From: Gammaproteobacteria bacterium
GTDB lineage: Bacteria > Pseudomonadota > Gammaproteobacteria > Pseudomonadales > Azotimanducaceae
Length of the DNA: 64,000 nucleotides
Assembly (NCBI GenBank): GCA_007694905.1
Contig: REEU01000144.1
Coordinates: forward strand, 65,638 to 129,637
Direction: 5' to 3'
Positions within the stretch are counted from its first letter, which is position 1, and each line of letters starts with the position of its first letter. Shown here one piece after another: positions 26,164-39,281 of the stretch. The notes under the pieces were generated by a model that saw only the letters and a list, made by a program, of their open reading frames with translations, made no database searches and was not told the DNA's origin. Both the position numbers and the translations under genes were made by a program.

Positions 26164-27805
26164 AGATACGCTCCTTGAAGGGCTCGATTCCGGTACGGCG
26201 GACGCAGTCGATAAAGTGCTCGCCTTCCCGTCGTTGCTCCACGTAAAGGTCGATGATCTGTTCGATGACGTCCGGGACCTGTTCCCGCTCGAAAGATGGT
26301 CCGAGGATCTGGGCAATGGCCGCGTTGTTGGTGGCGTCGCCGCCGATGGAGATCTGGTAGAACTCCTGGCCTTTCTTGTCGACGCCGAGGATGCCGATGT
26401 GGCCCACGTGATGATGCCCGCAGGCATTCATGCAGCCTGAAATGTTCAGATAGATGGGGCCGAGATCATACAGCCGGTCGAGGTCGTTGAAGCGTTGCTG
26501 GATGGCTTCCGCGATGGGGATGGACTTCGCGTTGGCCAGTGAGCAGAAATCGCCGCCCGGGCAGCAGATGAGGTCGTTCAGGGTCCCCGCATTCGCAGTC
26601 GCCAGGCGCTCCCGCGTTGCCGCCTGCCACAGGACGTAGAGATCCTGCTGACGCACGTGGGGGAGGATCAGATTCTGCTCGTGGGTGACGCGAACCTCGC
26701 CGTGCCCGTAAGCATCAGCCCAATCCGCCACCGCGTCCATCTGCACATCTGTGGCATCACCTGGCGCAACACCGGTGCGCTTGAGCGAGAGGGTGACGCT
26801 GGCGTAGCCAGGTTGCTGATGGGCATGCACATTGTGGGCGTGCCAACGGGCGAACTCCGCATCGTCGGCCAGGGACGTGGTGAGGACCGCGGGGCGATCT
26901 TCGAGTTGCTCGAACCCAGGTGTCACGAAGCGGTCATGGACGCGTTCGATCTCGTCCGGCGTGAGCGTCTCCAGGCCATCTTTAAGATGCGCCCACTCCG
27001 CTTCGACGCGGTCCCGAAAACCGTCGGGAGACATGGCCCGAACCAGGATCTTGATGCGCGCCTTGTACTTGTTGTCGCGTCGACCGTAGCGGTTGTAGAC
27101 CCGCATGACCGCCGCCAGATAAGTCAGCAGGTGCTGCGACGGCAGGCCTTCCCGGATGACGCTGGCGATGACCGGCGTTCGCCCGAGGCCGCCGCCGACC
27201 TTGACGTCGAAGACGACGTCACCGTTAGCGTCGCGGCGGGCATCAAGGCCGATGTCGTGGACCATGGTGGCTGCGCGGTCGAGCTTAGAGCCGTTCACCG
27301 CGATCTTGAACTTGCGTGGCAGCCAGTCGAATTCCGGATGGAAACTGGACCACTGGCGAATCAACTCGCACCAGGGACGGGCATCCACGAACTCGTCGGG
27401 CGTTGCGCCGGAGAACTGGTCTGCAGTGACGTTGCGAATGCAGTTGCCGCTGGTCTGGATGGCGTGCATCTGCACCGTGGCCAGGTCGGCCAGGATATCC
27501 GGCACTTCCTCGAGCAGGGGCCAGTTAAACTGAATGTTTTGCCGGGTGGTGAAGTGCCCGTAGCCCTTGTCATAGTGGCGGGCGATGTGCGCCAGCATCC
27601 GCAGCTGCCGGGAACTCAGTGAGCCGTAGGGAATGGCCACCCGTAGCATGGGTGCCAGACGCTGGATGTAGAGTCCGTTCTTCAGGCGCAGGGGGCGAAA
27701 GCGGTCTTCTTCCAATTCACCGGCCAGGTAGCGCCGGGTCTGCTCCCGATAGTGTGTGACGCGGTCGTCCACCATTTGCTGGTCATACTGATCGTACTGA
27801 TACAT
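26141..27805 (-). CDS. cysI: Assimilatory nitrite/sulfite reductase hemoprotein (ferredoxin-type CysI)
   Basis: 554 aa with siroheme/4Fe-4S cluster cysteines in CPGGDFCSLA and SGCMNACGHHH. Confidence 0.9.
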   Translation of the reverse strand: MYQYDQYDQQMVDDRVTHYREQTRRYLAGELEEDRFRPLRLKNGLYIQRLAPMLRVAIPYGSLSSRQLRMLAHIARHYDKGYGHFTTRQNIQFNWPLLEEVPDILADLATVQMHAIQTSGNCIRNVTADQFSGATPDEFVDARPWCELIRQWSSFHPEFDWLPRKFKIAVNGSKLDRAATMVHDIGLDARRDANGDVVFDVKVGGGLGRTPVIASVIREGLPSQHLLTYLAAVMRVYNRYGRRDNKYKARIKILVRAMSPDGFRDRVEAEWAHLKDGLETLTPDEIERVHDRFVTPGFEQLEDRPAVLTTSLADDAEFARWHAHNVHAHQQPGYASVTLSLKRTGVAPGDATDVQMDAVADWADAYGHGEVRVTHEQNLILPHVRQQDLYVLWQAATRERLATANAGTLNDLICCPGGDFCSLANAKSIPIAEAIQQRFNDLDRLYDLGPIYLNISGCMNACGHHHVGHIGILGVDKKGQEFYQISIGGDATNNAAIAQILGPSFEREQVPDVIEQIIDLYVEQRREGEHFIDCVRRTGIEPFKERIYASPDQG

Positions 27806-27946
27806 TGGCCCTGCGTTCCCTTGAGGTGCTGCGCGAGGGCGCAGACATTAGCAGTTCGCCTCCGGGTGCTCCAACGATCGATTGGGCATTTCCTTATCAC
27901 CGCGGCTTTCAATAGAATGCGCGCCGTCTTGTTGAGGATCGGCATC

Positions 27947-28117
27947 ATGTCGGACAGTGAAGTGAAGCAGGATGGACGGAATCGGGAAACGCTTGAGAAG
28001 GAGGCGGAACAGCGGACACCCACAGGGATCTGGACTGACGAGACGGTCGATGCCATCGCTGCGTTGATTGTCGTGACCTGCGTGACATTGATGGCGCTGT
28101 GGTTCGTGATCAGCTAG
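27947..28117 (+). CDS. Small C-terminally anchored membrane protein, hypothetical
   Basis: 56 aa from an internal ATG: MSDSEVKQDGRNRETLEKEAEQRTP...IAALIVVTCVTLMALWFVIS. Divergent from cysI. Coding status is uncertain. Confidence 0.35.
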   Translation: MSDSEVKQDGRNRETLEKEAEQRTPTGIWTDETVDAIAALIVVTCVTLMALWFVIS

Positions 28118-28158
28118 CCCGACGTCGCCCCGTTGTCCCTGCAGATCGCTAGTCAGAT

Positions 28159-28385
28159 CTACGGGCTGGTCGCCAGACCGATGACCAGATAGACCACGCC
28201 GACGAGGACGAGCACGAATAGGGCCGTGAAGACGATGCCGGCGGCGATAAAGAGTCCAGGCCGCCCGTGCTCGAAGTCCCGCTCCCGATTGCTCCGGCTC
28301 TGGACGCCAATAGCTGCTGCCAGCGTACTTCGTATGATGCTGCCCAGGCTGACGTTCTGATCTTCCTTCTGCTGTGGCCTGTTGC

Positions 28386-28389
<4 letters not shown>
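28159..28389 (-). CDS. DUF2970 small membrane protein
   Basis: 76 aa. [22 protein letters not shown] followed by a C-terminal TM helix is typical of DUF2970. GTG start in a GTGA overlap with the metH stop. Confidence 0.65.
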
Positions 28390-32096
<3,707 letters not shown>

Positions 32097-32302
32097 GCGC
32101 GTTCCGATGTGGGATGATGATGCGGTGCGATAGTTTAGCAGTCCTGGGTGCCAAGGCTGGTGACGAGGGAGCAAGCGACCATGAGCCTGGTTCATTCCGA
32201 CGTTCGCAGGTCTGCAACCCCGTGGGCCAGGTGGGTCGCGAGGACGATCATCCTCGGTTAGAATATCCTACTATTCACGTTGGGTATTAGCCGAGGACGA
32301 AC

Positions 32303-32878
32303 ATGATCGAGATCTCGCCCGCCGCCCAGAAGTACCTCTGCGAACTCCTTGAAAAACAGGAGGCAGAAGGCATCGGGATCCGCGTATTCGTAGCCAACCC
32401 GGGCACGCCTCAGGCAGAGACCTGCATCGCCTACTGTCGCCCCGGTGAGGAGCAGGAAGACGATATCCCGGTGCCCTACGACGGTTTCACAGCCTACTTC
32501 GAGAAGCGCAGCGAGCGGTTTCTGGAGGAGGCGGTCGTGGACTTCCAGGAAGACCGTCTCGGTGGTCAACTGACCATCAAGGCGCCCAATGCGCGCATGC
32601 CGCGGGTGGATGCAGACAGCTCCATCGAGGATCGCATCAACTACGTGCTTTACAACGAAATCAATCCATCCCTGGCGTCCCACGGCGGCATGGTGTCGCT
32701 GGTGGAGATGGTCGATGGCGAGGCCGTGCTGCAGTTTGGCGGGGGCTGCCAGGGCTGCGCCGCGGTAGACATCACACTTAAGCAGGGTGTCGAGAAGACC
32801 CTGCTCGAACAGGTTCCGGATCTCAAAGGCATCCGCGACGCCACCGACCACAGCATCCGCGAGAACGCCTACTATTGA
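32303..32878 (+). CDS. nfuA: Fe-S cluster biogenesis protein NfuA
   Basis: 191 aa with an N-terminal A-type-like domain and a C-terminal Nfu domain carrying GGCQGC. Confidence 0.9.
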   Translation: MIEISPAAQKYLCELLEKQEAEGIGIRVFVANPGTPQAETCIAYCRPGEEQEDDIPVPYDGFTAYFEKRSERFLEEAVVDFQEDRLGGQLTIKAPNARMPRVDADSSIEDRINYVLYNEINPSLASHGGMVSLVEMVDGEAVLQFGGGCQGCAAVDITLKQGVEKTLLEQVPDLKGIRDATDHSIRENAYY

Positions 32879-32932
32879 GCGGCGCGTACACGCGCTCGCC
32901 TACAGAGCGTTGTGCCATCAGCGGGTTTTGTA

Positions 32933-32956
32933 GGCCCGAGCGCGTGCGCTCGGGCC
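32933..32956. terminator. GC-rich hairpin between the convergent nfuA and DAHP synthase genes
   Basis: GGCCCGAGCG-CGTG-CGCTCGGGCC forms a perfect 10 bp stem. There is no clean U-tract on either strand, so its function as a terminator is uncertain. Confidence 0.35.
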
Positions 32957-32986
32957 GCGGTGCGGCGCGCCATCGGCGGTTGAGGT

Positions 32987-34087
32987 TCAGCTCGCCTTGC
33001 GGGCGGCGGCGGCTGCAGCGCGGCCGGGGAGCATGTCGCGCAAGGTTGCCGCGGCATCGCGCAGGCACTGCTCCGTCGTCGCCCAGTCGATGCATCCGTC
33101 GGTGATGGACACCCCATAACGAAGCTGGCTCAAATCCTTGGGCAGCGGCTGGTTCCCGAATTGCAGGTGGCTCTCGATCATCACGCCGATCAGCGATGTG
33201 TTGCCTGCGGCAATCTGCTGCACCACGTCCTCGAGCACCAGGGTCTGCCGCGCCGGGTCCTTGTTCGAGTTGGCGTGAGAGCAGTCCACCATCAGGTTGG
33301 CCTCCACTCCCGCTGCCGCCAGCGCCGCCTCGCAGCGGGCGATGCTGGCCGCGTCATGGTTCGGTTTCCCGCCGCCGCCGCGCAGGACAACATGGCCGTA
33401 GCGATTGCCCCGGGTATGAATGACGGCCACCTGTCCGGCGCCATTGATGCCCAGGAAACGATGGGGCCGGGACACGGACTGCAGTGCATTGATCGCCACG
33501 TCGAGACCGCCGTCGGTGCCGTTCTTGAATCCGACCGCAGAGGACAGCCCGCTGGCCATTTCCCGATGGGTCTGGGACTCGGTGGTGCGGGCGCCGATGG
33601 CGGACCAGCTGATCAGGTCCTGCAGGTACTGGGGTGTGATCGGGTCCAGCGCTTCGGTGGCCAGGCCGAGGTCCATTTCTGCAAGATCGATCAGCAGGCG
33701 ACGGGCAAGTAGCAGTCCTTCCTCGATCTTGAAGCTGTCGTTCAGGTGCGGATCGTTGATGAGCCCTTTCCAGCCCACGGTGGTGCGCGGCTTCTCGAAG
33801 TACACCCGCATCACCAGCAGCAGGGTGTCGGAGACTTCTGCGGCCAATGTGCTGAGACGGCGTGCGTACTCGTGTGCGGCATCGACGTCGTGGATGGAGC
33901 AGGGACCCACCACCACGAGCAGTCGCGGATCACGGCGATCGAGAATGTTGCGAACCGCCGTACGGTTACGTGCCACCGAGTCGCGCGCGGCATCGCTCAA
34001 AGGCAGGACCGCCTTCAATTGTTCCGGCGTGGTCAATACGTCCTGAGCGACGACGTTGAGGTCGTCGAGTCGGGTCTGGGTCATCAC
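32987..34087 (-). CDS. aroF: Class I 3-deoxy-7-phosphoheptulonate (DAHP) synthase, closest by eye to the AroF type
   Basis: LTTPEQLKAVLPLS and RDPRLLVVVGPCSIHDVDAAHEYARRL resemble E. coli AroF. The track start at 34087 is GTG, and an ATG follows at 34084. GGAG lies at 34094-34097. Confidence 0.9.
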   Translation of the reverse strand: MMTQTRLDDLNVVAQDVLTTPEQLKAVLPLSDAARDSVARNRTAVRNILDRRDPRLLVVVGPCSIHDVDAAHEYARRLSTLAAEVSDTLLLVMRVYFEKPRTTVGWKGLINDPHLNDSFKIEEGLLLARRLLIDLAEMDLGLATEALDPITPQYLQDLISWSAIGARTTESQTHREMASGLSSAVGFKNGTDGGLDVAINALQSVSRPHRFLGINGAGQVAVIHTRGNRYGHVVLRGGGGKPNHDAASIARCEAALAAAGVEANLMVDCSHANSNKDPARQTLVLEDVVQQIAAGNTSLIGVMIESHLQFGNQPLPKDLSQLRYGVSITDGCIDWATTEQCLRDAAATLRDMLPGRAAAAAARKAS

Positions 34088-34123
34088 TGCTTGCTCCGTT
34101 TTCGCTGTGCATATCCCGGGGCG

Positions 34124-34160
34124 AAAAAAAACCCCGACCGGCGTACTGCCTGATCGGGGT
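34124..34160 (-). terminator. Canonical intrinsic terminator inside the DAHP synthase 5' leader (candidate attenuator)
   Basis: On the minus strand: ACCCCGA-(16 nt)-TCGGGGT followed by a run of 8 T in total. It ends about 37 nt upstream of the aroF start. No upstream minus-strand gene exists for it to terminate. Confidence 0.6.
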
Positions 34161-34219
34161 CTTCTCCGGGAGGCAGTCGCATGCCTCCACCGTTGGGTCG
34201 AAGGCGCCTAACTCACATA

Positions 34220-34239
34220 CGCATACCACGTGGTATACG
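34220..34239. promoter_or_regulatory. 20 bp near-perfect palindrome, candidate operator in the aroF / oxidoreductase divergent region
   Basis: CGCATACCAC|GTGGTATACG has 9 of 10 symmetric pairs and is centred on CACGTG. Confidence 0.35.
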
Positions 34240-34417
34240 CACGCGTTCCCAGCCAACCGTCATGCACACGGCCAGGGGCCGTAGCTGCCGGGGCTGGGTC
34301 GATAAATCGCTGGCGCAGGATTCGATTCATGGAACGTATGGTAGCGGCTGGCCGGGCGGATGTGAACCGTATTCAATGCGCGGCTACGGGATTGGCTTAG
34401 CGACAGGAGTGACAAGC

Positions 34418-35440
34418 ATGGGTGCTCGGACGAATCGACAATGGCTGCTCGCAAAGCGACCCGCGGGCATGGTGGGCGAGCACAACTTCGAGTACGCCGA
34501 GCGGCCCGCACCGGAGCCGGCCGAGGGCGAAGTGCTGGTGCGTAACGTCTTTCTGTCCTTCGACCCCACGCAGCGCGGGTGGATGGAAGACCGGGAGAGT
34601 TATATACCACCCGTACGCATCGGTGAGCCCATGCGTGCGGGGTCGGTGGGCGTGGTCGTGGCGTCTAGGCATCCAGGATTCGCCGAGGGCGATTGGGTTC
34701 AGGGTACGGGTGGCTGGCAGGACTATTTCGTCACGGACGGCGGTGGGCCGGTGCCGTTGAGCAAAGTGCCGCAAGGCGTCCCGCCCACGTACGTCCTTTC
34801 AGTTCTCGGGGTCACAGGGCTCACGGCCTATTTCGGGCTGCTCGATCTTGGCGATCCAAAGCCCGGAGAAACTGTCGTTGTGTCCGGAGCAGCCGGGGCC
34901 ACCGGTTCGGTGGCCGGGCAGATCGCACGCATCAAGGGTTGCCGTGTCATCGGTATTGCAGGCGGTGGGGAGAAGTGCGGCTGGCTGATCGGTCCCGCCC
35001 GCTTCGACGCGGCCATCGACTATCGCAATGAGGACGTGAGGGCACGGCTTGCGGAGACCTGCCCGGATCGTATCAATATCTTCTTCGACAATGTGGGCGG
35101 CGACATTCTCGAAGCCGCGCTGGACCATATCGCGCTGCATGCGCGCGTGGTTCTCTGCGGAGGAATCTCAGCCTATAACGCAACGACGCCGCCTCCGGGG
35201 CCGCGCAATCTGCTCAACCTGATCATCATGCGGGCCCGCATGGAGGGCTTCATCGTTCTCGACTACTACGATCGTGCGGGTGCCGCGGTGAAGGATCTGA
35301 TCGGTTGGATCGAATCCGGTGAACTCATCCACGAGGAGGATGTGCAGGAAGGCTTCGCGAACATTCCGGCGACCCTCACCCGGTTGTTCACCGGCCAGAA
35401 TCGCGGCAAGCAGCTGCTGAAGATCGACGGCGCCGAGTAG
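34418..35440 (+). CDS. NADP-dependent medium-chain alkenal/one oxidoreductase (YncB/CurA-like)
   Basis: ATG at 34418 with an AGGAG RBS gives 341 aa. VVVSGAAGATGSVAGQIARIKGCRVIGIAG is the typical cofactor-binding segment. Confidence 0.85.
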   Translation: MGARTNRQWLLAKRPAGMVGEHNFEYAERPAPEPAEGEVLVRNVFLSFDPTQRGWMEDRESYIPPVRIGEPMRAGSVGVVVASRHPGFAEGDWVQGTGGWQDYFVTDGGGPVPLSKVPQGVPPTYVLSVLGVTGLTAYFGLLDLGDPKPGETVVVSGAAGATGSVAGQIARIKGCRVIGIAGGGEKCGWLIGPARFDAAIDYRNEDVRARLAETCPDRINIFFDNVGGDILEAALDHIALHARVVLCGGISAYNATTPPPGPRNLLNLIIMRARMEGFIVLDYYDRAGAAVKDLIGWIESGELIHEEDVQEGFANIPATLTRLFTGQNRGKQLLKIDGAE

Positions 35441-35447
35441 GCCCGCC

Positions 35448-35942
35448 TCATGTGCACCCGATCAACCAGGTGGAGCGCACGAAGCGCTGCACCTGATAGC
35501 CGCCGTCCGCCTGCTGCTCGATCAGCGCGAGGGTGTTGCCGTTGGCCACGACGCCGGCGCGGACCGGTCCTCGTAGCGGATCTTCGTAGCTGACTTCGTG
35601 GGTGTCGACGAATTCGTAGCTCGATTCGTGTGTGGTCCCGGCGGGGTCGGTGAGTTGCAGGGTGCCATCAGGCGAAAAGCGCAACTCTTTGAACGCGCTA
35701 CTGACGTAGTCGATTTCCGGCGCAGCCTCCGCGAGCAATGCGTCCGGGTCATCCTCGTCCGCCAGGCCACGAACGACCTGATAGCCATCACCCCGGAGGA
35801 ACGCACCTTGCTCCACGCCTTCGAATGCGCACCAGTGGCGGGCGATGGTCTGCTCCGGCCCGCGGTCGCAACCAGCGAGCATGGTCAGCAGGACAGCGCC
35901 CATCGCCAGCGTCCACCCGCCCTCGTGCCTTCGTGCGTTCAT
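35448..35942 (-). CDS. Lipoprotein, hypothetical
   Basis: ATG at 35942 gives MNARRHEGGWTLAMGAVLLTMLAGC with lipobox LAGC. 164 aa, no recognisable domain. Confidence 0.6.
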   Translation of the reverse strand: MNARRHEGGWTLAMGAVLLTMLAGCDRGPEQTIARHWCAFEGVEQGAFLRGDGYQVVRGLADEDDPDALLAEAAPEIDYVSSAFKELRFSPDGTLQLTDPAGTTHESSYEFVDTHEVSYEDPLRGPVRAGVVANGNTLALIEQQADGGYQVQRFVRSTWLIGCT

Positions 35943-36036
35943 CTCGACTGATTCCTCGTATCCGTGATTCCGCCTGCCACATCTGGAGCATGCGCAGCGC
36001 TCCGCAAACACGTCAAGCTCACCGGTCCAGGTGACG

Positions 36037-36837
36037 TCAGGTGTCCCAGATGGTCTTCAGGCGATCGTCGTCGCCAAGCAGTCCTGCGGGGCTGCGCTTG
36101 TCGATGTGGCCGATGAGTCCACGATAGACGCCGTACCCAACAAGCTCCTTTAGGCGCGGGGAAAAATCGCGGGCAAGCTTTCGTGGAATCCCAAGCTGCT
36201 GATTTTCCTGCTGGCGGATGAAACCCGCGCAGTAGTTCATGGCGATGCCGACGCGACGCTCGGAGGTGACGTTGGCGCCGCCGCCGTGCCAGAGGCTGCC
36301 GTGCCAGATCAACACGCTGCCCTTGCTCATCTCCGCAGGCAGCGCAGCGGCCTCGGCCTCGGCGTCCCCCGAGGGATCCGGACAGCGCATGGCCTTGTGG
36401 GATCCGGGTACGACCCGGGTGGCGCCGTTGTCCGCGGTGAAGTCCGTCAGCGCCCACATGGTGTTGCATACCAGGGCCGGATGGGGACGGGGCAGGCCGA
36501 TGACCTGATCGTCGGAGTGCAGCATCTGGGCGGTTTCGCCTGGACCGATGGCGATGGAGGACAGCGATGAGATCAGGCAGCCGGGATCGAGTACGGCCTC
36601 GACCACCGGCAGCACGGCCGGATCCACCGGGACCCGTGCGTAGCAGTCGCCGCGGGCCAGCAGGTTGTAGATGCGTACGGTGTGGTGACCCTCGAACGGA
36701 TTGCAGGCCGGGACGATGTTGCAGGCCCGCTCGATGCGTTCGAGATCCTCCCGCAGACCGTCGGCTTCATCGGGACGGAGCACGTCCTCGATGATGGTGT
36801 ACCCCTGTCGCTCGATGGCGTCGATGTGGTGTTGCAT
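36037..36837 (-). CDS. Phytanoyl-CoA dioxygenase (PhyH) family Fe(II)/2-oxoglutarate oxygenase
   Basis: From ATG 36837, 266 aa. The HSDD and WHGG contexts are consistent with the HxD...H facial triad. Confidence 0.75.
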   Translation of the reverse strand: MQHHIDAIERQGYTIIEDVLRPDEADGLREDLERIERACNIVPACNPFEGHHTVRIYNLLARGDCYARVPVDPAVLPVVEAVLDPGCLISSLSSIAIGPGETAQMLHSDDQVIGLPRPHPALVCNTMWALTDFTADNGATRVVPGSHKAMRCPDPSGDAEAEAAALPAEMSKGSVLIWHGSLWHGGGANVTSERRVGIAMNYCAGFIRQQENQQLGIPRKLARDFSPRLKELVGYGVYRGLIGHIDKRSPAGLLGDDDRLKTIWDT

Positions 36838-36932
36838 ACGCGTCCCTCCCTGGCGCGCGAGCATAGCCAATCGAGCCGCGGACTTCAGCTGTCATCCATT
36901 TCACTGCGCCGTCCCTGGCGCAGCGATCGACC

Positions 36933-39281
36933 TCAGAGGTCGAACTTCAGTTCCAGCCCGTAGAAGCGCGGGGCGCCGGCGATCAGGGTTGGCGTGCCGA
37001 ACGCGGCACCCGTGTTGCCGGCATCGATCAGGTAGTTCTTGTTCAACAAGTTGCTGGCGTAGCCGGTCACCGTCCACGCTCCGAGCTGGCCGGCAGCGCC
37101 AGTCAGCCCAACGCGCAGATCAACCAGGTGCACGCTGTCCTCGCGGATGTCGACACCGGCCACCGGCGCGTTGTCCTCCTCGAAAAACACGCTGCTGCGA
37201 TAGCTCCAGGCCAGGCTGCCGAACCATTCCATGCCGCTGGCGATGGGCTGGTTCCAGCGGACGCCGGCTGCTGTGCTCCATTCCGGCTGCAGGCGGAAGC
37301 GATTGCCCGCGAACAGGGCCGGATTACCGTCCTTGTCCGTGTCGTCGAACTTGGCGTCGATGTAGCCGACGTTAGCGAACACATCCAGGTTCGGCGTGAT
37401 GATGGCCCGCATGGCGGCTTCGACACCGCGATTGGTGGCCGTGCCGGCGTTCACCGAGACCAGCTGACCGGCGTTATCGAACACCGAGGTCTGGAAGTTC
37501 TCGTAGTCCTGGTAGAAGACGCCGGCGTCGAACTGAAGTCGGCGCTCGAGCAGTTCCGTCTTCATGCCGAGTTCGTAGCTCCAGATCTTCTCGGCGGGCA
37601 GGATGTCGACGATGGCCACGGTGCTCGGCGCAGGGCCGGGTACGCCACCGACGTTGATGACTTCGCTGCGACGCCCCTTGGAGACGGACGCGAACAGGCG
37701 CATCTCGTCCGTTGCGAGGAAGTCGAGGACGAAACGCGGCGAGAAGTCGGTGAACGTCTCCCGCTCCGATTCCACCAGCACGCCGCCGGTGTTGCCGAGC
37801 CCGAACAGGCTCAGCAGCGGCTGGTTGCCGGGCGCGATCAGGCTCGGCGTGCCCGCGGAGGTGAAGCCGGAACGTTTGCGTTCGCGAACGTAGCGGCCGC
37901 CCACCGTGGCGCGCCAGCGCGGAGTGAACTGCCAGCTTGCATCGGCATAGGCGCTCAGCGCCGAGGTCTCGCCGGTATTGGCGAACTCGTCTACGTGCAG
38001 GACCTGTGCCGGCAGAATGGAATTGACGCTGCCGTCGGGCGCAAAACACGGGAGACCGGGAGCGAAGCCGAGGCAGGCGGCGAACACCCCTTCGTCGGTG
38101 ATGAAAGGCACCCGCTGTTGCCCGTCCTCATTGAACCAGGTGGCGCCGAAAAAGCCGGTGACGTCGCCCCCGGCATCGTAGTTGAAGCGGACTTCCTGGC
38201 TCCACTGATCGCCGCTGGCATCCTCGGCGAACTCGAGCCAGAGGGCTGCCGTACCGTCGGCATCGAACACCTCGAGTGAATCGAACTCGCGGTAGTTGCT
38301 GATGCTTGTCACCTGCCAGGCTTCGCTGACATCCCAGGTCAGGCGGGCGGTGTAGCTCTTGACCGTCCGATCGAGACCGAGCTTGCCGCCGAGGGCATCG
38401 TTGCGGCGGCTGCCGAAGGGACCGAGTTCAGCGAAGCTGAACGGGCTCAGGTCGCCGCCGGTGGGGGTGAAGACCCCGGACTTGAACGCGGTGCCGGGCG
38501 GCTGATCGCGCTGATAGTTCCAGATCAGGTCCAGCATGAGCTGGTCGGTCAGGTCCGCAGACAGATAGGCGCGCAGGGCGAGGGTGTCCTTGCCGTTCAG
38601 ATTCGGCGCCTGCCCGTCCGGGTTCGGGTTCTGTGACTCCGGTGCCCCGTCGATGTTCTCGATGAAGCCGTCGCGCTGCCGATACAGCCAGGACAGCCGG
38701 CCGCGGACACGGTCGCTGCCAAGCGGTCCGGAGATGTAGCCGCGGGAACGCCGCTCATCATAGTTGCCGACGCCCACCGAGGCGCTGGCCTCGAAGCTGT
38801 CCGTGGGCGGCGCGGAAATCAGGCTGATGGCGCCGATGGCCGCAGCGGTGCCGAACAGCGTGGCCTGAGGTCCCTTGAGAACCTCGACGCGCTCGAGGTC
38901 GTAGAGCTCGATGATCGAGCCCCGGGAGCGGCTGATGTCGATGCCGTCCTGGAATATGGAGACCCGCGGGGCGATCTGCGCAGAGCCGGAGTCTGACGTG
39001 ATGCCGCGGATCACGAAGCCGGGATTGTTCGGGCTTTGTTCCTGAACGATCAGGCCCGGCACGTAATAGGACAGGCGCTCGAACTCCTCGACGCCGATGC
39101 TGTCGAGGAAGTCGCCGCTGTAGGCGGAAAGGGTGATCGGCACATCGAGCACCGCCTGCTCCCGCTTCTGGGCAGTGACCACGATTTCTTCGAAGAAACC
39201 GGGACGATCCTGGGCCATTGCAGGCAGAGCGAAAACACCGGGCAACAACGCGAACAGCGAGGTACGGCACAACGACCTCAT
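36933..39281 (-). CDS. TonB-dependent outer membrane receptor
   Basis: 782 aa with a signal peptide, a plug-domain start EEIVVTAQKREQAVLDVPITLSAY, and a long beta-barrel repeat pattern. AAGGAG RBS. Confidence 0.9.
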   Translation of the reverse strand: MRSLCRTSLFALLPGVFALPAMAQDRPGFFEEIVVTAQKREQAVLDVPITLSAYSGDFLDSIGVEEFERLSYYVPGLIVQEQSPNNPGFVIRGITSDSGSAQIAPRVSIFQDGIDISRSRGSIIELYDLERVEVLKGPQATLFGTAAAIGAISLISAPPTDSFEASASVGVGNYDERRSRGYISGPLGSDRVRGRLSWLYRQRDGFIENIDGAPESQNPNPDGQAPNLNGKDTLALRAYLSADLTDQLMLDLIWNYQRDQPPGTAFKSGVFTPTGGDLSPFSFAELGPFGSRRNDALGGKLGLDRTVKSYTARLTWDVSEAWQVTSISNYREFDSLEVFDADGTAALWLEFAEDASGDQWSQEVRFNYDAGGDVTGFFGATWFNEDGQQRVPFITDEGVFAACLGFAPGLPCFAPDGSVNSILPAQVLHVDEFANTGETSALSAYADASWQFTPRWRATVGGRYVRERKRSGFTSAGTPSLIAPGNQPLLSLFGLGNTGGVLVESERETFTDFSPRFVLDFLATDEMRLFASVSKGRRSEVINVGGVPGPAPSTVAIVDILPAEKIWSYELGMKTELLERRLQFDAGVFYQDYENFQTSVFDNAGQLVSVNAGTATNRGVEAAMRAIITPNLDVFANVGYIDAKFDDTDKDGNPALFAGNRFRLQPEWSTAAGVRWNQPIASGMEWFGSLAWSYRSSVFFEEDNAPVAGVDIREDSVHLVDLRVGLTGAAGQLGAWTVTGYASNLLNKNYLIDAGNTGAAFGTPTLIAGAPRFYGLELKFDL

